The notes beneath the pieces are model-generated. The model searched no databases, was not told the origin of the DNA, and was given only the letters and a program-made list of their open reading frames with translations. Source: Armatimonadota bacterium (lineage in GTDB: Bacteria > Armatimonadota > UBA5829 > DTLH01). Taken from it: 30,748 nt of DNA. The DNA is taken from NCBI GenBank assembly GCA_039680575.1, contig JBDKSP010000097.1, forward strand, positions 1 to 30,748, given 5' to 3'. Within the stretch, counting starts at the first letter, position 1. Every line of letters begins with the position of its first letter. Shown one piece after another: positions 17,221 through 25,337 of the stretch. The position numbers and the translations under genes were made by a program.

Positions 17221-18216
17221 TCATTCGGCTTTTGGTTCGCGGAGCATAAGATCGGTAACAGCGGACTGCGGAGCCTTGCCGTTAAAGAGTATCTCGTGGA
17301 GCTGTTCCGTGATCGGAGCATAGATGTTGAGCGAGGCTGCAATCTTATACGCTGCTTTGCAGGTATGGACTCCCTCAGCGACCTGTTTGACCTCGGCAAG
17401 CGCCTGTTCCAGCGTCAAGCCTCTGCCGATAGCCATCCCTACCCGGAGGTTCCGGCTGAGCTTGCTTCCGCATGTTGCCATGACGTCGCCGACACCGGCA
17501 AGCCCCATAAAAGTCTTCGGTTTTGCGCCGAGCGCCTCGCCAAGGCGCATCATCTCTGTCAAGCCTCTCGTCACGAACGCTGCTTTGGTGTTATCGCCGT
17601 AGCCGAGACCGTCGCAGATCCCGGCTCCGACCGCAAGGACGTTTTTAAGCGATCCGCAGACTTCCACTCCGGCTACATCGGAGCTTCTATAGGCCCGCAA
17701 ATGATGGCAGTTCACAAGTTCCTGCGCCTGGAACGCTCTTTCTTCATTTTTGGATGCTACTACGGTCGCGGTGGGTATCTGGCGGGCGATTTCGATAGCG
17801 AGGTTCGGCCCGGAAAGGACGACAAGATCATCGGCTTTCGCCGGAATCGACTCGGCAATGACCTGGGACATCCGGTACCCCGTGCTGCTCTCCAGCCCTT
17901 TACCGGCGTTGATGAAGAGAGGGTCTCCGTCTATCACGCCGGATAACTGTGTGGCAACTTCACGCACAGCGTTCGATGGGACGACCATGAGGACGGCTTC
18001 GACGCCCTTTACAGCATCGGCCATCGATTCCATCGCGAGTATTTCCCCGGTGAAGGGGATTCCGGGCACATATTTACTGTTCACCCGGTTCGTGTCGATG
18101 TCTTTTATTACTCCCGGCTCGTTGGACCACAACCGGACCGAATAGCCTTTGTTCGTTAAAAGAAGAGCCAGGGATGTGCCCCAGCTGCCTGCACCCAAAA
18201 CAGCAATTTGCTTCAT
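17221..18216 (-). CDS. gpsA: NAD(P)H-dependent glycerol-3-phosphate dehydrogenase
   Basis: GAGSWGT, KGLE, LSGPNLA, GSLKNV, GDNTKAA, GLAGVGD, SRN. Confidence 0.97.
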   Translation of the reverse strand: MKQIAVLGAGSWGTSLALLLTNKGYSVRLWSNEPGVIKDIDTNRVNSKYVPGIPFTGEILAMESMADAVKGVEAVLMVVPSNAVREVATQLSGVIDGDPLFINAGKGLESSTGYRMSQVIAESIPAKADDLVVLSGPNLAIEIARQIPTATVVASKNEERAFQAQELVNCHHLRAYRSSDVAGVEVCGSLKNVLAVGAGICDGLGYGDNTKAAFVTRGLTEMMRLGEALGAKPKTFMGLAGVGDVMATCGSKLSRNLRVGMAIGRGLTLEQALAEVKQVAEGVHTCKAAYKIAASLNIYAPITEQLHEILFNGKAPQSAVTDLMLREPKAE

Positions 18217-18418
18217 AATTCCAGCTGTAAATCTCTTTTCTTATAAATAGCCGGGCTTCCGGCCTATCAATCGTTATGTACTTTTACGACATATGGTTCC
18301 ATCAATCCTTCTCCCGGAGCTTGAACCCTATGGATATTGCTCAATTTGAGTAACAGTTCACTCTTAATGAGATCTTACATCAAATTGCACAACCAACACA
18401 TCACCATAGATGAAAGCA

Positions 18419-18547
18419 CGTCACCCTGAACTAAGGAGTTTCAGGTATTACCTGAAACTCTCCCCGGGAGATTTTCGGCTATAGCCGAAAATCCATAGAT
18501 TCAGGGTCCATTTTCTTCCTGGATGCTGAGTCAAGCTCAGCATGACG
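18419..18547. repeat. Inverted pair of CGTCA-type REP palindromes; the first is interrupted by a 62-bp insert
   Basis: cgtcaccctgaac(TA)...(TA)gattcagggtc and gatgctgagtcaagctcagcatgacg. Confidence 0.7.
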
Positions 18548-18604
18548 TTGTGATAATTCAGCATGATGTTGTACTCATCAACTCTGAACTCTTGCCCAAT
18601 TTGA

Positions 18605-18633
18605 TTGACGCTGTTTCTGCAAACGGGTAGAAT
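18605..18633 (+). promoter_or_regulatory. Sigma70-type promoter of the first MATE gene
   Basis: TTGACG, 17-nt spacer, TAGAAT. Confidence 0.75.
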
Positions 18634-18667
18634 ACATCCGTCAGGTATAAAATAAAAGATGAATTGT

Positions 18668-18699
18668 GAGGATACACCACTTTTCGGTGTATCTTTTTT
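18668..18699 (+). promoter_or_regulatory. Terminator-like hairpin in the 5' leader of MATE-1
   Basis: gatacacc-acttttc-ggtgtatc-tttttt ending 5 nt before the ATG. Confidence 0.6.
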
Positions 18700-18704
18700 G
18701 ATGC

Positions 18705-20087
18705 ATGGACGATAGAAGCTCGAATAAAAAGCGCGATGCGAGCGCTATCATAACGGAAGGCAAAATATCGAGCGCGGTATGGTTCCTGGCGTGGCCGACT
18801 ATCACGAACACGCTCATATTGACGGCCTATCAGTTCGTGAACCGGATCTTCCTGGGGCATATCCCGGACTCGGCGACCGCTCAGGCGGCAATCGGCATCG
18901 GAGACAGGGCTCTTATGGTCCTGTTTGCCATTATGGTCAGCCTGTCGGTCGGCACCTCCGCGCTCGTAGCCCGCTCGCTTGGCGCGGGAAACCGTGAAGA
19001 TGCTGAAGAGGCGACAAGGCAGTCGCTCCTTATGTGCGTCATCGGGTCGGCCATTCTGACTATCCCGATGGTGGTGTGGGCAAGGCCTCTTGTGACTATG
19101 ATAGGGGCAAAACCCGGTGTAGTGCCGGTGGCAGCCGCTTATACCGCGATATCCGCCCTGTTTACCATCCCGTCGTTCATCTGGACCATCGTCACCGCGG
19201 CGCTCCGCTCCGCAGGAGATGTAAGAAGCCAGCTGTACGTCGGAGGGCTGATGATCGCGCTCAACATCCTGCTCGATTGGGTCTTCATCTTCGGAGTCGG
19301 CCCGGTTCCCGCGCTCGGAGTCCTTGGGGCAGCAATATCGACAGGAATTTCTAGAGTTTTAGCTTCAGTATTGATACTATGGGTGCTCGGTAGATCGGTC
19401 CTCAAACAGTCGCTAACGCACTTGCGGATCAGCTTCTCATGGCTCGGCAGGATCCTGAACATCGGCTGGCCTGCGTCCATCCACAACATTATCTGGACCA
19501 TCACGGGGATGGCGTTTTTAAGGATTTTGAGCGTCCTTCCGAATGCTACGGAGGCGCAGGCAGCCCTTACAGTGGGGCTTACGATCGAATCGCTTGCTTA
19601 CATGCCGGGAATCGCTTACGGAATGGCCGCGACCCCGCTTGTCGGCCAGAACCTCGGCGCAGGGAACATCGAACGGGCGGAGCGCAGCGCCTGGATTGCT
19701 ACCTGGCAGGCTGTAATTATAATGAGCTTTGTCGCGCTATTCTTCCTCGCCATTCCGAGGCTTTTCGCTCATGCGTTTACCACAAACCCGGCAGTGGCAG
19801 CCTTGATCGTGCTTTATTTACAAGTAAACGCCTTTGCCCAGCCGGCACAGGCTATCGGGTTCGTGCTGAGAGGCGCGCTGCAGGGCGCGGGCGACACTCG
19901 GGTTCCCACTTGGATCACCCTTTTTTCCATCCTGGTGGTGAGACTCGTAATGGCATGGGTACTTGTGATCTGGCTTCAGGTCGGAGCAATCGGGGCGTGG
20001 ATATCAATGGCGGTATCCGCAAGCCTGCCGGGGCTCTTGATGTCGCTATGGTTCAAACATGGCAGATGGAAGACGCTGAATATCTAG
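18705..20087 (+). CDS. MATE family efflux transporter (copy 1)
   Basis: About 12 TMs, LAWP, LVARSLGAG, LRSAGD, NILLDW, LVGQNLGAG, LQGAGDT. Confidence 0.95.
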   Translation: MDDRSSNKKRDASAIITEGKISSAVWFLAWPTITNTLILTAYQFVNRIFLGHIPDSATAQAAIGIGDRALMVLFAIMVSLSVGTSALVARSLGAGNREDAEEATRQSLLMCVIGSAILTIPMVVWARPLVTMIGAKPGVVPVAAAYTAISALFTIPSFIWTIVTAALRSAGDVRSQLYVGGLMIALNILLDWVFIFGVGPVPALGVLGAAISTGISRVLASVLILWVLGRSVLKQSLTHLRISFSWLGRILNIGWPASIHNIIWTITGMAFLRILSVLPNATEAQAALTVGLTIESLAYMPGIAYGMAATPLVGQNLGAGNIERAERSAWIATWQAVIIMSFVALFFLAIPRLFAHAFTTNPAVAALIVLYLQVNAFAQPAQAIGFVLRGALQGAGDTRVPTWITLFSILVVRLVMAWVLVIWLQVGAIGAWISMAVSASLPGLLMSLWFKHGRWKTLNI

Positions 20088-20118
20088 CAGCTGTCAGCTT
20101 TCAGCCATCAGCAATCAG
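20088..20118 (+). repeat. Degenerate 7-bp tandem repeat CAGNNNT directly after a stop codon
   Basis: cagctgt cagcttt cagccat cagcaat cag. Confidence 0.75.
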
Positions 20119-20123
20119 GTTCT

Positions 20124-20249
20124 GAATCGCGAATTGCGCGAAGAAGCACGAAAGACGCGAAAAGGGGATTGGTGGAAATTGAGAGTCCAGTGGTAAATGC
20201 TGTAAGTCTCCACCATTCGTGAAATCCGCGTAATCCGTGTTTCAAAATG
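20124..20249 (+). mobile_element. ~130-bp MITE-like dispersed element, copy A
   Basis: Aligns end to end with the reverse complement of 27599-27732; imperfect terminal inverted repeats. Confidence 0.75.
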
Positions 20250-20269
20250 GCGGATAGTGAATGTCGATA

Positions 20270-20303
20270 GAAAAGCGGAAGCTGTCGCTTCCGCACTCCA
20301 AAG
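20270..20303 (+). repeat. REP-like palindrome family A
   Basis: gaaaagcggaagctgtcgcttccgcactccaaag. Confidence 0.8.
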
Positions 20304-20369
20304 AGATTAGTGGAGACTCGTGCTTCGAGACGAACGAAGCATAGGGAACATCTGATAATATAAGACTTT

Positions 20370-21758
20370 ATGGGTACGGAACTGAATGAATCGCAAACTC
20401 GGAGCAAAGCGACCGAGATTATAACGTCCGGCAGGATCTCAAAGGCTGTTTGGTACCTTGCATGGCCTACCATCGTGAACACTGGGGTTCAGACCGCGCA
20501 TATGAACATCAACCGGCTTTTTCTCGGCAGAGTCCCCGACAGCGCGGCGACTATGGCCGGGCTTACGGTCGGGAGCAACGCATCGATGCTCCAATTCGCC
20601 ATAGCCACAGGGTTTTCCGTAGGAGCAGGAGCGCTTGTAGCCAGGTTCCTGGGCGCAGGGGAACACGGCGACGCCAATGAAGCCGCGAGGCAGTCTTTGA
20701 TACTGGCCGTCCTCTGCGGAATTATCACTATGATCCCGATGATCTTCTTCGCCGCTCCGTTTGTCCGGCTGGTCGGAGCCAAAGGGGAAGTCGTCACGCT
20801 AGGTGCAAGGTATATGGCGATCCTCGGAGCGTTTTCCATTCCAGTCTTCGTCCAGATGTCCATTACATCGGCTCTTAGAAGCGCGGGGGATGTCAAAAGG
20901 CCGCTTTACGCGGGACTTATCGTGCTGGTACTGAACGTCCTTCTGGACTGGCTCCTGATCTTCGGTATCGGCCCGTTTCCTGCGCTTGGACTGATCGGCG
21001 CGGCCATCGCGACAGGTGTTTCTAAAACCGTGGGTATGACGGTCATCCTTATCTTCCTGAAACGCTCCGTTCTCGGCGATTCGCTTTCCCATTTTCGCCC
21101 GCACTTTGGGTGGTTTAGCCGGATCAGCAACATCGGCTGGCCTGCAGCTGTCCAGCAGGTCCTCTGGGCGAGCGGAATGGCTGTATACATGGCAATACTC
21201 GGCTGTCTGCCGGATGCAGAAGATGCGCTCGCCGCTCTCGGGGTTGCGTCTGCCATAGAGACGATTTCGATTATGCCCGGGATCGCATACAGCATGGCTG
21301 TCGTGCCATTAGTCGGCCAGAACCTGGGAGCCGGCCAGCCGAAGCGGGCAGAGCATTGCGCCTGGGCAACTACATGGCAGGCCACGGCCATAATGTCTTT
21401 CTGCGGCCTGGTATTCCTCCTGGCATCCAAGCCGATAGCGATGCTTTACACCAACGATAGCCATGTAGTGGCGTATATCGCATCTTACCTGGTAATCAAC
21501 GCATTCCAGCAGCCGTTTGTGGCGGTTGGCGCTGTGCTTGCGGGAGCGCTTCAGGGCGCGGGGGACACCCGGTTTCCGACACTGGTGGAGTTTATCGCAA
21601 ACTATCCCGTCAGGCTGGGACTCGCCTGGCTTTTTGCTATCAAGCTGAGCCACGGGGTAGCTGGCGCCTGGGTGGGTATGAGCACAGCGGGCATAATCTG
21701 GGGGATTATGATGATGATCTGGTTCAGAAAAGGCTATTGGAAGACGCTGCAGATCTGA
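20370..21758 (+). CDS. MATE family efflux transporter (copy 2)
   Basis: Same motifs as copy 1; colinear paralog. Confidence 0.95.
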   Translation: MGTELNESQTRSKATEIITSGRISKAVWYLAWPTIVNTGVQTAHMNINRLFLGRVPDSAATMAGLTVGSNASMLQFAIATGFSVGAGALVARFLGAGEHGDANEAARQSLILAVLCGIITMIPMIFFAAPFVRLVGAKGEVVTLGARYMAILGAFSIPVFVQMSITSALRSAGDVKRPLYAGLIVLVLNVLLDWLLIFGIGPFPALGLIGAAIATGVSKTVGMTVILIFLKRSVLGDSLSHFRPHFGWFSRISNIGWPAAVQQVLWASGMAVYMAILGCLPDAEDALAALGVASAIETISIMPGIAYSMAVVPLVGQNLGAGQPKRAEHCAWATTWQATAIMSFCGLVFLLASKPIAMLYTNDSHVVAYIASYLVINAFQQPFVAVGAVLAGALQGAGDTRFPTLVEFIANYPVRLGLAWLFAIKLSHGVAGAWVGMSTAGIIWGIMMMIWFRKGYWKTLQI

Positions 21759-21793
21759 TAGCCGTCAGCAGGAGAAGATTGGTGGAAATCGTG

Positions 21794-21828
21794 CTTCTCC
21801 CCTTGCGGGAGAAGGTTGGGATGAGGGG
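21794..21828 (+). repeat. Palindrome family B
   Basis: cttctccccttgcgggagaaggttgggatgagggg; inverse match to 25168-25202. Confidence 0.8.
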
Positions 21829-21908
21829 TTTTTACGCTGCGGGAATGGCAGATTTGGGATAATTGTGCAATATGCACAGAATCAATTCCCGCAGCGTAGG
21901 CGTCGATC

Positions 21909-21942
21909 GAAAAGCGGAAGCGCCAGCTTCCGCATTCCAAAG
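21909..21942 (+). repeat. REP-like palindrome family A
   Basis: gaaaagcggaagcgccagcttccgcattccaaag. Confidence 0.8.
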
Positions 21943-21969
21943 AGATTGGCAGAGATTCGTAGCATAAGA

Positions 21970-22039
21970 GTAGATGCAGTAAATCTCTACCTTCCGCGTT
22001 TCCGCGGTTCAAAAGCTGACCGCTGACGACTGAAAGCTG
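21970..22039 (-). repeat. Right-end fragment of the 130-bp element plus a 7-bp tandem repeat
   Basis: gtagatgcagtaaatctctacc...ccgcggttcaaaa; minus strand reads cagcttt cagtcgt cagcggt cagcttt. Confidence 0.7.
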
Positions 22040-22049
22040 ATTACTCTTC

Positions 22050-22886
22050 CTAAAACCTCGCTCCCATTCCGAGTGACCAGCCCTGGACATTCGTGTCCGG
22101 CACGTCTCTGTAGCGTAGATCGAGAGTCCAGCCCTTTTGTGACTCCAGGCTGGCGGCCAGTTCGCGCGCAAATTTATGGATGCTGTCCGAGGTTTGGACC
22201 CCGCTTGTGCTTTCTTCCGTCTTTATAAAGCATATTCCGGCTCCGGCGCCCAGAACCAGGTTCAGGCTGCCGGCACGGGCTACCTTGAACCGTCCGAGCA
22301 GTGTGACAGGTATCACCTCCATGCTCCTTGTGGTCGATTCGAAATCACCGGACCCTTTTGCATACTCGGCGGAGAGCATCATGTCGAAATCCGCCAGCCG
22401 CATAAATGAATAATTGAACCTGTATGCCTGCCAGAAATCCGTGACGGTATCTCTCAGGATAGGAAGGCGGGGATAGAACGCCCCGATCTGCATGGAGAAC
22501 CGCTGGCCGTTGTCCGAATAAGATTTAACCCTCATAGGCTTGGGAGCAATGGGACCTTCTACCGAATCGACATCGGCAAATGCTTTAGCCCCTATCGGGA
22601 CCGTTGTCGAGAGGTCCGCCTTCTCAACTTTAGCGAGCGCGACGTAAGGCCATTCTTTTGTGCAGCTTACTACCTTCGCTTCGGCTATCGGCGGCTCGCT
22701 CAAGATCGATTTTACCTGGAAAATGGTCCCATCCCGTACCGGCTGGGTGAGCCTGATCTCCAGCAATTCACCAGTTTTGCCGGTGATCAGACCTGACAAT
22801 TGATCATCCACACTGCTTGCGAGAGCGCCTCCGCAGACCAGCATAATCAGGACCAAAACCGGAAGCGCCTTATACTTTATTTGCAT
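22050..22886 (-). CDS. Secreted protein with probable C-terminal outer-membrane beta-barrel
   Basis: Signal peptide ending ALA; alternating beta-strand pattern; terminal WSLGMGARF with final Phe. Confidence 0.7.
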   Translation of the reverse strand: MQIKYKALPVLVLIMLVCGGALASSVDDQLSGLITGKTGELLEIRLTQPVRDGTIFQVKSILSEPPIAEAKVVSCTKEWPYVALAKVEKADLSTTVPIGAKAFADVDSVEGPIAPKPMRVKSYSDNGQRFSMQIGAFYPRLPILRDTVTDFWQAYRFNYSFMRLADFDMMLSAEYAKGSGDFESTTRSMEVIPVTLLGRFKVARAGSLNLVLGAGAGICFIKTEESTSGVQTSDSIHKFARELAASLESQKGWTLDLRYRDVPDTNVQGWSLGMGARF

Positions 22887-23021
22887 CTCCTAGACCCTCC
22901 TCCGCTTATTGCTTGAAGCTGAAAGCACGGCTGCCACGAATGCAGAATACCCTCCCGCTTGCTATATTAAACGAGCGTTCTTAATATTGGCATTCGCTCA
23001 GGCAGCCGCTTTTGAGGAGCC

Positions 23022-23050
23022 TTGGCTTTGGGCCTAAGTCGTGATACAAT
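23022..23050 (+). promoter_or_regulatory. Sigma70-type promoter of mutL
   Basis: TTGGCT, 17-nt spacer, extended TG-A-TACAAT. Confidence 0.65.
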
Positions 23051-23082
23051 TATGACAGGTGAATTGAGGAGAAGGCCGCGGC

Positions 23083-24963
23083 ATGCTTTCTCCTTGTTTT
23101 TGTATGTCCGGAAAATCAGTAAATCATAACAGCATAATCTTGCTCGATGAGCATACCGCCAACCGTATAGCGGCAGGTGAGGTGATCGAACGCCCCGCTT
23201 CCGTGGTCAAGGAGTTGGTCGAGAATGCTATCGATGCAGGCGCGACTCAGATAAGAGTCACTATAGAAGACGGCGGCAAAGAACTGATCAAAGTCAGCGA
23301 CAATGGGTCAGGCATGAGACGAGATGACGCCGTAGTCTCTTTGCAACGGCACGCCACATCGAAGATCAGGAGCGCGGATGACCTTTTTGCCATCCATACG
23401 CTCGGATTCAGGGGAGAAGCGCTGCCGTCGATTGCGTCCGTCTCCTTTATGGAGGTCGTCTCGAAGCATAAATCGGAACCTGCGGCTGCGAAGCTCACTG
23501 TAGAGGCCGGTACAATCACGGACCTGGAGTCCGTCGGCGCGCCTGAAGGCACTACTATCTCGGTAAAAAGGCTTTTCTTCAACACTCCCGCAAGACTCAA
23601 GTTCCTGCGGACCGCTCAAACGGAGATTTCATATATAACGGAACTGGTCGGCAGGTTCGCGCTTGCTTACCCTAACATCAGCTTCAAGCTGACGCACGGT
23701 GAGAGGGAGATCATATCCGTCACAGGCACCGGCGATGTTATTGCGGCGGCAGCATCCATCCTGGGCAGGGACGCGGCAAAGCAGCTTGTCCCGATAGGTT
23801 TCGAGTTCCCGGCTATGAAGGTCTGGGGATATGTGTCCAATCCCGCATTCACCCGCGCGAACCGTGGGCACCAGGTATTTTTCGTCAACCGGCGGTGTAT
23901 CAAAAGCCGGACGCTCACCCATGCGGCGGACCAGGCCTACCGCGATCTGGTCGTCCAGCATGGACGGTTTCCGGTCCTGATTATCTTCGTGGATATGGAC
24001 CCGGAGATGGTGGATGTGAACGTGCACCCGACCAAGGCCGAAGTAAAGTTTTCGAGCGACCATGAGGTCCACAGCGCGGTGCACAAGGCGATCCGCGACG
24101 CGCTGATGTCCGGCGGAGCGATTCCGACCGTGAACGAAGTGCGGGTAGCTTACCGCAAGGCGAATGTAACGAAGAGGGACGATGTGCCGCGACAGGGCAC
24201 GCTTATTCCGCCTGATGAATCGGACGTGGCTGTCTTCCGAGAGGAAGTGCTCAGGAGAAGCGAGGTTCAGGAAAAGGCCCCGATCCCGGGCGATCCGTTC
24301 GACTGGAGCCGCGAGCCGCGTTCCATTACGCCCCCAGTGCCACAGCCCGAAGTCGAAGCTCCCACGCCGGTCAGGTTGAGGAACGCGAGGGTCATCGGAC
24401 AGGCGCGGAATATGTATATCCTCGCCGAGTGTGAAGACGGTGTGCTGGTGGTAGACCAGCATGTCGCTCATGAGCGGGTGCTCTTCGAGCAGCTCAAAAA
24501 GACCAGAGGAGCGGCACAGACAGCTATGCAGGGGCTTGTGATCCCGATCACGCTGGAACTCTCGCGCCGCGAAGGGCTCGTGGTAGGCGAAAAGCTCGAT
24601 GATCTAAGGGAAATCGGGTTCGATATAGAAGTATTCGGCCGCGATGCGTTCGTCGTCCGGTCAGTCCCAGCGGGTGTGAAGGCAAAAGATGCCGAGCAGC
24701 TTCTTCGAGATGTCATAGCGGAGCTTGTAGACCTCTCCGTGACCCGGCATTTGATGGTCCGCCCCGAGCAGGTGCTCATTACTACTGCTTGCAAGATGGC
24801 GATCAAAGCCGGAGACCCGCTCACGATGCCGGAGATGGACGACCTGATTCGAAAATTGATTGCGTCCGAAAACCCGTTCGTCTGCCCGCACGGAAGGCCG
24901 ATTATCATCTCGCTCACGAACTGGGAACTGGACCGCAAGTTCAAACGGCCGACTAGGGGATAG
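23083..24963 (+). CDS. mutL: DNA mismatch repair endonuclease MutL (start 23083 or 23104)
   Basis: IAAGEVIERPASVVKELVENAIDAGA, GFRGEAL, DVNVHPTK, DQHVAHERVLFE, ACK, CPHGRP. Confidence 0.97.
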   Translation: MLSPCFCMSGKSVNHNSIILLDEHTANRIAAGEVIERPASVVKELVENAIDAGATQIRVTIEDGGKELIKVSDNGSGMRRDDAVVSLQRHATSKIRSADDLFAIHTLGFRGEALPSIASVSFMEVVSKHKSEPAAAKLTVEAGTITDLESVGAPEGTTISVKRLFFNTPARLKFLRTAQTEISYITELVGRFALAYPNISFKLTHGEREIISVTGTGDVIAAAASILGRDAAKQLVPIGFEFPAMKVWGYVSNPAFTRANRGHQVFFVNRRCIKSRTLTHAADQAYRDLVVQHGRFPVLIIFVDMDPEMVDVNVHPTKAEVKFSSDHEVHSAVHKAIRDALMSGGAIPTVNEVRVAYRKANVTKRDDVPRQGTLIPPDESDVAVFREEVLRRSEVQEKAPIPGDPFDWSREPRSITPPVPQPEVEAPTPVRLRNARVIGQARNMYILAECEDGVLVVDQHVAHERVLFEQLKKTRGAAQTAMQGLVIPITLELSRREGLVVGEKLDDLREIGFDIEVFGRDAFVVRSVPAGVKAKDAEQLLRDVIAELVDLSVTRHLMVRPEQVLITTACKMAIKAGDPLTMPEMDDLIRKLIASENPFVCPHGRPIIISLTNWELDRKFKRPTRG

Positions 24964-25167
24964 CAAGCAGCTTTTTTATCACGAAAGCACGAAAAGGGAA
25001 AAACACGAAATAGAGAACGATGCTACCCTCTCGGGCTGTATTTACAATGCAGCCCGAACTGGCAGAAGAGGGATCTGCGATCCCGGATGTGTAATTATAG
25101 TCTCAATTTGTTGTATCGGGACACCTTGTCCCGAAATAACAACAGAAGCAGCGAAGCTGCCGGAATA

Positions 25168-25205
25168 CCCCTCGTCCCAGCCTTCTCCCGCAAGAGGAGA
25201 AGGGG
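25168..25205 (-). repeat. Palindrome family B
   Basis: cccctcgtcccagccttctcccgcaagaggagaagggg. Confidence 0.8.
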
Positions 25206-25260
25206 CAGATTTTTTATGTTTCGGGACCGTATTTCGTCCTACCCCGTGGGCACACGGGGA

Positions 25261-25328
25261 GAAGCACGAGTCTCCACTAATTTCTTTTCGCGTCTTTCGC
25301 GCTTCTTCGCGCACTTCGCGATTCAAAA
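25261..25328 (-). repeat. Left-end fragment of the 130-bp element after the tsaD stop
   Basis: Minus strand reads ttttgaatcgcgaagtgcgcgaagaagcgcgaaagacgcgaaaagaaattagtggagactcgtgcttc. Confidence 0.8.
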
Positions 25329-25337
25329 ACCTAAAAG

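Noticed and set aside
20088..20330. CRISPR array or integron attC cassette array
   Set aside because: Repeats are dispersed and heterogeneous with no regular repeat-spacer period; no cas or integrase gene is present
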